Source of the DNA: Bacteroidales bacterium
Lineage (GTDB): Bacteria > Bacteroidota > Bacteroidia > Bacteroidales > JAAYJT01
NCBI GenBank assembly: GCA_012522795.1
Contig: JAAYJT010000029.1
Location: 67,525-131,524 of the forward strand
Direction: 5' to 3'
Length of the DNA: 64,000 nucleotides
In this document: piece by piece, positions 1 to 9,792 of the stretch
Layout: every line of letters begins with the position of its first letter
Position numbering within the stretch: position 1 is the first letter of the stretch
The notes under the pieces: generated by a model
Databases searched by the model: none
Told to the model about the DNA's origin: nothing
What the model saw: only the letters and a program-made list of their open reading frames with translations
Program-made: the position numbers and the translations under genes

Positions 1-689
1 AGATAATAATTGACCACTCATCGTCAATGTATTATCCATTGATTGAAAAACCTGGGCTGGATAATCCTGATAAGATTACCTTCTCAGTTTATGCAGCAGC
101 AGCTTTGCTTTATATGCTTAAAAAACAGCGCGATGCATTTGGTCTGAGTATCTTTTCAGATAAAATCGAAAATCATATTCAGCCCAGGTCAAGTTCAGTT
201 CATCATAAATACCTCATGACCCTGCTTGGCGGGTTGCTGAAAGAAAATGCAGTTAAAGAAAAGCGCACAACATCAGCCGCTGAAATACTGCATCAGCTTG
301 CTGAGAGTATGCATAAACGCTCACTGGTGGTTATTTTTAGCGATATGATGGAGAGCCAGGGCAATCCTGATGTTGTATTTTCAGCTTTACAGCACTTAAA
401 GCACAACAAACACGAAGTCATACTCTTCCACACCGTGGACCGGAGTACTGAAATAGATTTTTCGTTCAGCAATCGTCCTTACCGCTTTGTTGATCTTGAA
501 ACTGGAGACGATATAAAACTTCTTCCAAGCGAAGTAAGAAATGAATATCTGAAAACCATGCAGCAGTTCAGCCATGAGCTTAAAATGCGCTGCGGACAAT
601 ATGGGATTGATTTTGTTGAAGCTGATGTTAAACAGGGCTTCCGCCAGATATTATTGCCCTATCTGCTTAAAAGAGAAAAGATGTTTTAG
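1..689 (+). CDS. DUF58/vWA-fold protein, 5' end cut by the window edge
   Basis: The frame is open from nt 3. It translates as IIIDHSSSM (DxSxS MIDAS-like motif) just before the listed Met at 27. TAG stop at 687-689. Confidence 0.6.
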   Translation, partial: IIIDHSSSMYYPLIEKPGLDNPDKITFSVYAAAALLYMLKKQRDAFGLSIFSDKIENHIQPRSSSVHHKYLMTLLGGLLKENAVKEKRTTSAAEILHQLAESMHKRSLVVIFSDMMESQGNPDVVFSALQHLKHNKHEVILFHTVDRSTEIDFSFSNRPYRFVDLETGDDIKLLPSEVRNEYLKTMQQFSHELKMRCGQYGIDFVEADVKQGFRQILLPYLLKREKMF

Positions 690-860
690 TACATCTTGAA
701 TTCTTACGTCAATATCCTCAAACCTTTGAATCAAGGTTGAACAATAGCAGGTTCAAGCCAATATCTGCTTTAACCATTTATAAAACAGACAAATAAATAT
801 CTGAATTCCAATAGCTAAACATTACTAAATAAAAAACCGCATTACGCAAAATGGCAATGA

Positions 861-2093
861 TTATTCCTCAGCATATATTTTGATGATATTCAGGATTACT
901 TCCACAGCTTTTTGCATGCTTTCAAGTGGCACAAATTCATGTTTGCCATGGAAATTATGACCTCCCGCAAAAATATTCGGGCAGGGCAATCCCATATACG
1001 ATAGTCTAGCTCCATCAGTACCGCCGCGGATAGGCTTGATAACAGGCTCTACACCTGCCATTTCCATCGCTCTACTGGCAATATCAACAATATGCATTAC
1101 AGGCTCAATTTTTTCGCGCATATTGAAATACTGATCTTTCAACTCCACAGTTATTCTGCCTTCCCCATATTTCTGGTTCATAAAAGCAGCTATTGTTTCA
1201 ATAAATTTTTTCCGGTTCTGAAAAACATCCCTATTATGATCTCGAACAATATATTGCAAAGTACAATTTTCAACTCCGCCTTCCATTTTCACAAGATGAT
1301 AAAAACCTTCGTAATCCTGTGTGTACTGAGGTTTTTCAAATTCAGGAAGCAGGCTGTTGAATTCCATAGCCAGCAACATTGCATTTATCATCTTATTTTT
1401 GGCATAACCCGGATGAATATTTCTGCCCTGTACTTTGATCAAAACACCGGCAGCGTTAAAAGTTTCGTACTCGAGTTCACCGATCCCTCCGCCATCCAGG
1501 GTATAAGCATATTCGGCGCCGAATTTTTTCACATCAAAGAAATCCACTCCCTTACCAATCTCTTCATCAGGAGTAAAAGCTACTTTTATTGTACCATGAG
1601 GTATTTCAGGATGGCGCACAAGATAATCCATAGCAGTCATAATCTCAGCTATCCCGGCTTTATCATCCGCTCCGAGCAAAGTAGTACCGTCAGTTGTAAT
1701 AATGGTTTGCCCAATATAATTATTAAGTTCAGGGAATTCTTTAGGAGAAAGTATCATATTATTACTCTTGTTCAAAACTATATCGCCACCCTTGTAATTC
1801 CGGACAATATTTGGCTGAATATTTCCGCCGGGAGTCTCCGGGCTGGTATCCACATGAGCAAGGAAACCAATAACAGGTATTTTTTTGTTAGTACTTGCAG
1901 GTAAAGTACCCATCACATAGGCATGATCATCAATACTGACATCAGTAAGACCCATGGCTTTCAGTTCGTCATGGAGCAGACGTGACAAATTCCATTGTTT
2001 TTCAGTACTCGGGAAAGTAGTGGACGTATCATCGCTTTGGGTATCAATTTTTACATACCTGAGAAAACGCTCCAATAATTCATTATTTTTCAT
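861..2093 (-). CDS. pepT: Peptidase T (M20B tripeptide aminopeptidase)
   Basis: Full-length resemblance to PepT (MKNNELLERFLRYVKIDTQSD..., HVDT, GADDKAG, FTPDEEIG motifs). I place the start at the internal ATG at 2093 (MKNNELL) rather than the ORF-track start at 2156. Confidence 0.9.
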   Translation of the reverse strand: MKNNELLERFLRYVKIDTQSDDTSTTFPSTEKQWNLSRLLHDELKAMGLTDVSIDDHAYVMGTLPASTNKKIPVIGFLAHVDTSPETPGGNIQPNIVRNYKGGDIVLNKSNNMILSPKEFPELNNYIGQTIITTDGTTLLGADDKAGIAEIMTAMDYLVRHPEIPHGTIKVAFTPDEEIGKGVDFFDVKKFGAEYAYTLDGGGIGELEYETFNAAGVLIKVQGRNIHPGYAKNKMINAMLLAMEFNSLLPEFEKPQYTQDYEGFYHLVKMEGGVENCTLQYIVRDHNRDVFQNRKKFIETIAAFMNQKYGEGRITVELKDQYFNMREKIEPVMHIVDIASRAMEMAGVEPVIKPIRGGTDGARLSYMGLPCPNIFAGGHNFHGKHEFVPLESMQKAVEVILNIIKIYAEE

Positions 2094-2229
2094 GATATTA
2101 TATATTTTATTATTGTTAATTTCAGTAATCAGGGTTCTTATAACACCTTTAATCAAAAGGATTTAACACTTACAGAGCTAAACTATGTCAGACATTTTTA
2201 ATTAATACAGCCTGAATGTTATCAAAGGA

Positions 2230-4206
2230 CTATTCTTTTTTGGCTCTCAGCGATTCCCAGATCAGATAGGAACAGATAACAATAAACATCACAAGAGCAA
2301 GTATTTCAGCGCCATTTGATTCAAACCATTCTTTATTAACAAAATTAATTCCAAAAAAGTTAAGAAGCGCACTTATCACTCCCATCAAAGCTCCTCCGGC
2401 AATGAAGCCAGAAGCTATAAGCGTACCTCTTTCTTTTCTTGCACTGTTAAGTTTTTCGTCTTTACTGCGGGTGCTTACAAACCATGCTATTATTCCACCC
2501 ATTAACAATGGAGTATTCAGTTGCAGCGGTATGAACATTCCCAATGCAAAAGCCAGAGCAGGAACACCAATCATAGTGAGTATCAGCGACAAAAATGCTC
2601 CTGAAAGATAAAGCAGCCAGGGTGCGGGTTTACCTGACATCATTGGTTCAATAACGGCTGCCATCGCATTTGCCTGAGGTGCTACAAGTGCATTTTCACC
2701 CACAAATCCGTATGTCTTGTTTAGCAATATAATTACTCCACCCACTGTAAGAGCCGAAACAAAAGTTCCAAGGAATTTCCAGGTTTGCTGTTTGTAAGGT
2801 GATGAGCCAAGCCAGTAACCTATTTTCAGGTCAGTGATAAAACCACCAGCCATAGCCAGAGAAGTACATACAACGCCACCAATTATCAGCGCAGCAACCA
2901 TACCCGCTTCACCTGATAAGCCTACTGAAGCCATGATCAGGGAAGTGATTATCAAAGTCATGAGAGTCATGCCTGAAACAGGATTGGTACCAACAATTGC
3001 TATTGCATTGGCTGCAACGGTTGTAAATAAAAATGCAATAATCATTACAATAGCAAGAGCAATGAGGGCATGTACCAAATTGAAAACAACACCAGCCCAA
3101 AAGAAAATGAATATAATTATAGTTAAAATTATCAGTCCGAAAAGAATAATATTCATAGGAATATCGCGACGGGTTCTCAGTTCAACACTTCCTTCGGTTT
3201 TACGGCTGAAAGTTTCTTTAATAGCCAGCCCAACTGCATTTTTAATGATACCTGATGATTTTAATATCCCGATTATTCCTGCCATTGCTATTCCACCTAT
3301 ACCAATCTGTCTGACATAGGCTGTAAATATTTCTTCAGCTGACATATCACCAATCAACATGGTAATATTGGCGCCAACCGGAAGCGTAATACCTGCGGCA
3401 AAATAATTGATCAAAGGTATCAGTACATACCAGCCTACAAACGAACCGGCACAGATTATAGCAGCATATTTCAAACCTATTATATAACCCAATCCCATTA
3501 CTGCAGCACCCACATTTATCTTGAAAACCACTTTGGCTTTATCGGCTAACATAGCTCCAAAACTGAACACCCTTGTAGTAAAGACTTCATTCCACCAGCC
3601 AAAAGTTGCAATAATGAAATCGTAAATACCGCCTATTAAGCCACTAATCAGCAATAATTTAGCAGAACTCCCACCCTTCTCGCCCGAGATAAGAACTTCA
3701 GTAGTTGCTGTAGCTTCAGGGAACGGGAATTTGCCATGCATATCGCTGACAAAATACTTTCGAAACGGGATCAATAATAAAATGCCAAGGAAGCCACCAA
3801 GCAATGATGAAAGAAATATCTGATAAAAATGAGCTTCAAGGTTCAGAATATAAAGGGCCGGAAGTGTAAAAATAGCACCGGCAACAATAAGTCCTGAACT
3901 TGCACCAATAGATTGAATAATTACATTCTCACCCAGAGCATTCTTGCGTTTTGTTAATGATGATAATCCAACTGCAATAATGGCTATTGGAATAGCAGCT
4001 TCAAAAACCTGACCTATTTTTAATCCAAGATAAGCTGCAGCAGCCGAAAAAATTATAGCCATTAATAAACCCAGAAGTACTGAGCGAAGGTTAACTTCCG
4101 GATAAACTTTAAAAGGCGATAATACCGGAATATATTCCTCTCCTGGCTTTAATTCGCGATAAGCATTCTCTGGAAGTTCTTTCAAGTCTTTGTTTACATC
4201 AGTCAT
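2230..4206 (-). CDS. OPT-family oligopeptide transporter
   Basis: 658-aa polytopic membrane protein. The N-terminus (ELKPGEEYIPVLSP) and the glycine-rich TM pattern are typical of OPT transporters. It sits next to pepT. Confidence 0.8.
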   Translation of the reverse strand: MTDVNKDLKELPENAYRELKPGEEYIPVLSPFKVYPEVNLRSVLLGLLMAIIFSAAAAYLGLKIGQVFEAAIPIAIIAVGLSSLTKRKNALGENVIIQSIGASSGLIVAGAIFTLPALYILNLEAHFYQIFLSSLLGGFLGILLLIPFRKYFVSDMHGKFPFPEATATTEVLISGEKGGSSAKLLLISGLIGGIYDFIIATFGWWNEVFTTRVFSFGAMLADKAKVVFKINVGAAVMGLGYIIGLKYAAIICAGSFVGWYVLIPLINYFAAGITLPVGANITMLIGDMSAEEIFTAYVRQIGIGGIAMAGIIGILKSSGIIKNAVGLAIKETFSRKTEGSVELRTRRDIPMNIILFGLIILTIIIFIFFWAGVVFNLVHALIALAIVMIIAFLFTTVAANAIAIVGTNPVSGMTLMTLIITSLIMASVGLSGEAGMVAALIIGGVVCTSLAMAGGFITDLKIGYWLGSSPYKQQTWKFLGTFVSALTVGGVIILLNKTYGFVGENALVAPQANAMAAVIEPMMSGKPAPWLLYLSGAFLSLILTMIGVPALAFALGMFIPLQLNTPLLMGGIIAWFVSTRSKDEKLNSARKERGTLIASGFIAGGALMGVISALLNFFGINFVNKEWFESNGAEILALVMFIVICSYLIWESLRAKKE

Positions 4207-4346
4207 GGAAGTAAAGGTTTAAAATTTAGCTGCCAAAGATAATAATACAATTGGGATAGATAATAGAAAACTAAAAATGAGTTTTCAGAAAATTCAGTTT
4301 TTCCATACTACAAAACTTTAAAAACATATCCTTTCAGGATTATTCG

Positions 4347-4354
4347 TATTTTTG
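4347..4354 (+). promoter_or_regulatory. Candidate Bacteroidota -7 promoter box (TATTTTTG) for bfr
   Basis: Matches TAnnTTTG, 44 nt upstream of the ATG at 4398. Confidence 0.35.
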
Positions 4355-4397
4355 CAAGTCAGATAATTAACATAAATTAAATAACAAACTAATAATT

Positions 4398-4898
4398 ATG
4401 AAAAATCGTGAAAAAAGCATTGAATTGCTAAACAAGGCTGTAGCCGATGAGTTAACTGCTGTACATCAGTATATGTATTTTCATTTTCATTGCGATGACC
4501 AGGGTTATGACCTGCTTGCCAACCTTTTTAAAAGAACTGCAATTGAAGAAATGGTGCACGTAGAAGATCTTGCTGAACGTATTCTTTTCCTCAAAGGTGA
4601 AGTAGAAATGGTGGTAGGCAGTCCAACAAAAAAGATTCATGATGTAAGGGAAATGCTCAAATTAGCCGGCGAAATGGAAGAAGCCAGTGCAAGAGATTAC
4701 AATGAATGGGCAAATATTTGTGCACAGAACGCCGATTCAGTTTCCAAAAAACTTTTTGAATCTCTGGTGGCTGATGAAGAACGTCATTTTGACCAGTTTG
4801 ATGTAGAAATGGATAATCTGAAGAAATTCGGTGATCATTATCTTGCTCTGCAATCCATTGAACGCAGTAAAATAGTAGGACAAAAATCTGATATATAA
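4398..4898 (+). CDS. bfr: Bacterioferritin / ferritin-like di-iron protein
   Basis: ELTAVHQYMYFHF...EEMVHVEDLAERILFLKG pattern (di-iron ligands and heme-Met context). 166 aa. Confidence 0.8.
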   Translation: MKNREKSIELLNKAVADELTAVHQYMYFHFHCDDQGYDLLANLFKRTAIEEMVHVEDLAERILFLKGEVEMVVGSPTKKIHDVREMLKLAGEMEEASARDYNEWANICAQNADSVSKKLFESLVADEERHFDQFDVEMDNLKKFGDHYLALQSIERSKIVGQKSDI

Positions 4899-4932
4899 CC
4901 AAATCAGACAACTCCTTTTATCGGAACTTATT

Positions 4933-4970
4933 AAAACCCGGGCGATTATATCAACCGGGTTTTATTTTAT
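4933..4970 (+). terminator. Rho-independent terminator after bfr
   Basis: Stem AAAACCCGG (4933-4941) pairs with CCGGGTTTT (4955-4963) and is followed by a T-rich run. Confidence 0.6.
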
Positions 4971-4997
4971 TTTTGCTGTTGGCAATCCATACCGGAT

Positions 4998-6653
4998 ATG
5001 AACAAAAAAAGGAATAAGAAAAAATCAGAAAAGCGCAGTATCATACACATACTGCAATGCATGGTTAAAGACCGTACACTGCAAATACTGATTGCCATTT
5101 TGCTGATCACCGCACTGATCTACGCCCGAAGTTACAATCAAACTTTTTTGTTTGGCTGGGACGATGGTGAGTATATTACTAATCCTGATATCAAAGATCT
5201 TTCGATTACCAATATCGGTAAATATTTCAGTTCGTTTTATCTGGGTATGTATCAGCCCATTCCGGTACTGACTTTTTCACTGAATATTTATTTAGGCGGA
5301 GAAAATCCTGTAGGTTTTCATTTATTCAGTCTTTTAATCCATTTTATAAATATTTTACTGGTTTTCAATCTGGTTAAAAAGCTTAGCGGCAGCAACCCGG
5401 CAGCTATATTAGCAGCCTTGCTGCTAGCAGTACACCCAATGAATGTGGAAAGCATCAGCTGGCTTTCGGCACGTAGCACCGGTTTATTCTCAATGTTTTA
5501 TCTGCTTTCATTAACAGCTTATCTGAAATATATTCGCGAAGGGTTAAAAACCACACAATTACTATTAGTGCTGACGTTTTTCATAACAGCGCTGTTTTGC
5601 AAATCAATGGCAGCTACGTTACCAATGGTGCTGGTAGTTCTTGATTTTTGGGAAAAACGCAAGGTGAATAAAAAAATGATATTTGAGAAAATCCCGTTTT
5701 TTGCATTATCTATAATATTCGGACTTATCTCGATACGAGCTGCAGCAAGTTTTGGTCATATCACCGTACTCGAAGCTGATTACACACTTATTGACAGGCT
5801 GTTCCTGCTCAGTTACGGTGCAGCATTTTACTTAGTAAAGTTTTTTATTCCTGTAAACCTTTCGGCAATATACGCTTACCCTGATAAAACCGCAGGATGG
5901 TTGCCGGCAGAATATTATCTCAGCCTACTGCTAATATTGTTACTGGCTATCGGGGCTTACAGATTGAAACGCTACCGCCGCGAAACATTGCTGGGAGTGC
6001 TTTTCTTTTTGCTAAGTATCTCAATGGTGTTACCATTATTCTGGTCGCGATTGTTCATTGTTGCTGAGCGTTATGTTTACCTGCCCTACGTCGGGCTGTT
6101 TTGTATCGGAGGCATTTGGTTCAACGCATTGCTAAAAAATGAAATTAAAATCAGAACCTCCACCCGGACATGGATTCTGGGTGTGATTTCAGTATGGATA
6201 TTGGTATTTGGTATTTCTTCTTTTGTCAGAACCAGTGTTTGGCGTGATACACGAAGCCTGATGGAAGATGTGATTGACAAAAAGCGCTCTCTAGCCGATC
6301 AGGCTTTTGCATGGTTCTTTATGGGAAATATCAGCGACCGGGAAGGTAATAACCAACAGGCTATAAAGAATTACAGCCTTGCCATAAACATGAATCCCAG
6401 GCATATTCAGGCTCTTAACAACCGTGGTATAATGCTGGGCATTGAAGGCGATTTTCAGGGTAGCCTGAATGATTTTAATGAGGCTATACATTTAAAACCC
6501 GATTTTGCCGAAGCTTTTTACAATCGTGGAATAGTATATTATAGGCTAAACAGACAGGAAGATGCCTGCAAAGACTGGCAACAGGCTGCATACTTAGGGT
6601 TCGGACAAACCAAAGAAGTGCTGAACAATTATTGTAATAAATCCGGACAATAA
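4998..6653 (+). CDS. Polytopic membrane protein with C-terminal TPR repeats (TMTC/PMT-like glycosyltransferase-fold candidate)
   Basis: About 10 hydrophobic helices, then TPR-like repeats (AIKNYSLAINMNPRHIQALNNRG, AEAFYNRGIVYYRL). Confidence 0.6.
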   Translation: MNKKRNKKKSEKRSIIHILQCMVKDRTLQILIAILLITALIYARSYNQTFLFGWDDGEYITNPDIKDLSITNIGKYFSSFYLGMYQPIPVLTFSLNIYLGGENPVGFHLFSLLIHFINILLVFNLVKKLSGSNPAAILAALLLAVHPMNVESISWLSARSTGLFSMFYLLSLTAYLKYIREGLKTTQLLLVLTFFITALFCKSMAATLPMVLVVLDFWEKRKVNKKMIFEKIPFFALSIIFGLISIRAAASFGHITVLEADYTLIDRLFLLSYGAAFYLVKFFIPVNLSAIYAYPDKTAGWLPAEYYLSLLLILLLAIGAYRLKRYRRETLLGVLFFLLSISMVLPLFWSRLFIVAERYVYLPYVGLFCIGGIWFNALLKNEIKIRTSTRTWILGVISVWILVFGISSFVRTSVWRDTRSLMEDVIDKKRSLADQAFAWFFMGNISDREGNNQQAIKNYSLAINMNPRHIQALNNRGIMLGIEGDFQGSLNDFNEAIHLKPDFAEAFYNRGIVYYRLNRQEDACKDWQQAAYLGFGQTKEVLNNYCNKSGQ

Positions 6654-6691
6654 TATCTGTTTGCTTCATTACAACCGCAATTCAGAACATT

Positions 6692-7795
6692 ATGCTACAA
6701 AATATAAAACGTCCCACACTTTTACTCGATCGTGCCAAATGTCTATCAAACATCAGATTAATGGCTGAAAAAGCCAAAAAACACAACCTTATCTTCAGAC
6801 CTCATTTCAAAACCCATCAATCGGCTGCTATCGGCGAATGGTTCAGAAATGAGGGTGTGGAAGCAATTACTGTTTCATCAGTGCAAATGGCTCAATATTT
6901 CGCTTTACACGGCTGGCAGGACATCACAATTTCATTTCCGGTAAATATCCGTGAAATTTCAGAAATTAACCAGCTTGTGGCTCAGATTCATTTGAATCTT
7001 CTGGTAGAGTCGCCTGAAGTTGTTCATTTTCTGAAACACAATCTCACCTCATCAGCAGGTATCTTTATTAAAATTGATACCGGCCTGCATCGCAGTGGCA
7101 TTGATCCGGCTGATCTGATTATGATTGAGAAGATTATTGAAGCAATTCAGCAGTCGGACAAGATGATATTTCGCGGATTTCTGACCCATGCCGGGCATAC
7201 TTATGGTTCAAAAAACAAGAATGATATTCTTATCATACACCGGCAATCTCTTGATCAGATGGCAGGATTAAAGAATGCTTTTTCAGAATTTCAGCCTTTG
7301 ATATCAATTGGCGATACGCCTTCATGCAGTATTGCAGATGATTTTTCAGGTGCGGATGAGATCCGTCCCGGAAATTTTGCCTTTTACGATATGATGCAGG
7401 CTGAAGCAGGAAGCTGTACACCCGGGCAGATTGCTGTTGCACTTATCTGCCCTGTAGTTGCAAGCTATCCAAAGCGCTCGGAACATGTTATTTATGGCGG
7501 AGCTATACATTTGAGCAAGGATTCAATCCGGTATTCCAACGGTTTGGCAAGTTTCGGACGTATAGCCATATTCAACGGAAACCATTGGCAAATCCTTCCC
7601 GAAGGCAATGAGGTGATCTCGGTTTCACAGGAACATGGAATTGTAAAACTACAGCAGGAATTTTATGACAGTTTCATTCCCGGAGGTTTAATGGCTGTAA
7701 TACCCATTCACTCCTGCCTCACAGCGCATCTGATAAAACAGTATCTTACCCTTGACGGTGAATTCATCAGCATGATGTTATCAAACAATAATTGA
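6692..7795 (+). CDS. PLP-dependent D-threonine aldolase / D-serine dehydratase-like enzyme (alanine-racemase N-terminal fold)
   Basis: RPHFKTHQS (PLP-lysine context) and overall length and pattern of the DSD1/D-TA family. TGA stop at 7793-7795. Confidence 0.7.
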   Translation: MLQNIKRPTLLLDRAKCLSNIRLMAEKAKKHNLIFRPHFKTHQSAAIGEWFRNEGVEAITVSSVQMAQYFALHGWQDITISFPVNIREISEINQLVAQIHLNLLVESPEVVHFLKHNLTSSAGIFIKIDTGLHRSGIDPADLIMIEKIIEAIQQSDKMIFRGFLTHAGHTYGSKNKNDILIIHRQSLDQMAGLKNAFSEFQPLISIGDTPSCSIADDFSGADEIRPGNFAFYDMMQAEAGSCTPGQIAVALICPVVASYPKRSEHVIYGGAIHLSKDSIRYSNGLASFGRIAIFNGNHWQILPEGNEVISVSQEHGIVKLQQEFYDSFIPGGLMAVIPIHSCLTAHLIKQYLTLDGEFISMMLSNNN

Positions 7796-8216
7796 ATGAA
7801 ATTCGCAGAGCATTAAAAGTCAAATTTTTCTCATTTTTATTTGTCCTTTCTTGCTCAAACATCCTATCTGACTAATATTCAGGTAGCTTAAAATTATAAC
7901 GATTGTAATTTACAAAACAGTTTGGACTATTTTGTAAATATAAATCGCATAGTAGGTGAGTAACAGAAATCACCCTCACCTATCCAAAAGCATTGAATAA
8001 AGTCTTTTTGATGACTTATAAATAAATTCTTGTATTTTTGTAAAAACATAGAAGCAAGCAAAACCTTGTGTCTATAAACACCTACATGTTGCATAAGCCA
8101 AGGTTTTGTTGGACTATTAGTAAATTAGAGGCAATGGTGAAAATTTTCCAACACTCGAAGCCAAACAAAAAAATGAATTACTTTAAAACTTTAAAAAATT
8201 ACAACAATAAGACAGA

Positions 8217-8769
8217 ATGATATTTTGGAACAACGATACTGAAATACAATTTTTCACAGAGGCATTAAAGAATTTTGTCTCGCCCGAACAACTATTTTAC
8301 AATTTGAAAAGTGGGTATTTTGCCTATGTCCCCAAAGGTTCAGATGCAGAAGGTCAAACTTTGCAAAGTAGAAATTCGCTCATTGGACAATTTACTGAAA
8401 AATGGAGTAAAACGCTTTTTGAGCCCATTGCAAAAGAATTAGGACTATTCGCAGTAAACAGTGTTGTATGTGATGAACTTGGGCTTTCAAGACAGTCAAG
8501 TGCCGACCTTGCATTATGCACAACAAACAATACCGTTCAAAAACCTGAAAACATAAAGCTACTGTTTGAAATCAAAATGAGTGTCGTTTCCAACTACAAA
8601 GTACACATACCCAAACAATGTTGAATATGTTGGAGATTACAAACAACATAAGGGAAATCCAGCTTTATTACGTTCCGACTCAATGCTTAAAGCAATAGGT
8701 AAGTCAATCAATATTCGTGTTTCGGGCATTGCTTCAACAATTCTAAATTCAATAAAACAAGTAGCATAA
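8217..8769 (+). pseudogene. PD-(D/E)XK-like nuclease, apparently frameshifted (8217-8624 continues in the +1 frame as 8581-8769)
   Basis: Two overlapping ORFs in different frames. The second frame opens right after a TGA at 8578-8580. The upstream part carries SADLAL...LLFEIKMS (D ... ExK, about 23 aa apart). Confidence 0.5.
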
Positions 8770-8966
8770 TGGGAACAAAATCTTTTGAAATTAAAATTTA
8801 TTATACAGGATTTTGCACTTATGAAATTGAAGCGCAAGATAAAGCAGAAGCAATTATAAAAGCACGAAATCTTCCTATAATTCAAAATGAAGTTATAAGT
8901 AATTTAGAAAATTGGGGAGATGCTGATACTGCAATAGAAATTAAAAATGAAGAAGACAAAATCTGA
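8769..8966 (+). CDS. Small hypothetical protein (65 aa), translationally coupled
   Basis: TAATG overlap with the preceding ORF and a 20-nt overlap with the next one. No recognisable motif. Confidence 0.4.
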   Translation: MGTKSFEIKIYYTGFCTYEIEAQDKAEAIIKARNLPIIQNEVISNLENWGDADTAIEIKNEEDKI

Positions 8967-9780
8967 ACTACCACTAAATTACATAACTGTAAAGACTACA
9001 AAAAGCCGTATTGATAAAGGCTTATTGGCTATCCCTGTTTCATTAATTGAATTATTTCCCAAAACTGGAAATAAAATATTTTTAGTCAATGAAAAAGGAA
9101 ACACTGAAGTTAAATCTTTTACACCATACAATAGTAGTAGCCGTGAATGTAGAATTGGAGGATTAAGATCATTTTACAATTTCTATAAAATTTCAGATGG
9201 AGATGAATTAGTTATTCAATTGCTTGATGATAAGAAATTTAGAATAATACCTGAGAAATTATTTAAAGATATTCTGAGCATCAATATATTTGAATTTGAA
9301 AATTCGACTGATGATAATGAAACTGACAATCTTTTATCTAAAATTTCTGAGATCACCAATCTATCAAGAAATGACTTTCTAAAAAATGAATATATTTTGC
9401 TTTCAAATAAAGAAATAGAACATAGAAAAAAAATAGAAAAAAGCACAACCTTTGTAAGAGAGAGTGTTCCTATTTCAATTCGTAAGATTTTACTTGAGTT
9501 ATACAAAGGGAAATGTCAAATTACAAACTTTACATTCTTAACAAAAAACGGTAGTCCTTATTTTGAATTGCATCACATTGACCAAGAAAAAGGAAATCAC
9601 TTTAAAAACTTGCTTGTCGTCAGTCCAAATACACACGCTCAATTTACTTATGCAAATCTTGAACAAAATTTTGATAACGAAGGTTGGTTAAGAAAAGTAA
9701 AATTCAACCAAAATGAATATACTGTGTTTCAAATAATTGACAATTTGCCTAAAGAATTTGAAAAAGAAATACATTTTTAG
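8947..9780 (+). CDS. HNH endonuclease with N-terminal AbrB/B3-like barrel DNA-binding domain
   Basis: The C-terminus FELHHIDQEKGNHFKNLLVVSPNTHAQF fits HH..N..N..H. The N-terminus (LAIPVSLIELFP...KIFLVNEKG...FYKISDGDELVI) resembles swapped-hairpin/pseudobarrel domains. TAG stop at 9778-9780. Confidence 0.6.
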   Translation: MKKTKSELPLNYITVKTTKSRIDKGLLAIPVSLIELFPKTGNKIFLVNEKGNTEVKSFTPYNSSSRECRIGGLRSFYNFYKISDGDELVIQLLDDKKFRIIPEKLFKDILSINIFEFENSTDDNETDNLLSKISEITNLSRNDFLKNEYILLSNKEIEHRKKIEKSTTFVRESVPISIRKILLELYKGKCQITNFTFLTKNGSPYFELHHIDQEKGNHFKNLLVVSPNTHAQFTYANLEQNFDNEGWLRKVKFNQNEYTVFQIIDNLPKEFEKEIHF

Positions 9781-9792
9781 TGGGCAGAGAAT

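Noticed and set aside
1092-1904. Long antisense ORFs inside pepT, the OPT transporter gene, the GH3 gene, the 968-aa ORF and others (for example 1092-1904, 2834-3319, 27883-28437)
   Set aside because: They overlap strongly supported genes on the opposite strand and have low-complexity, motif-free translations.
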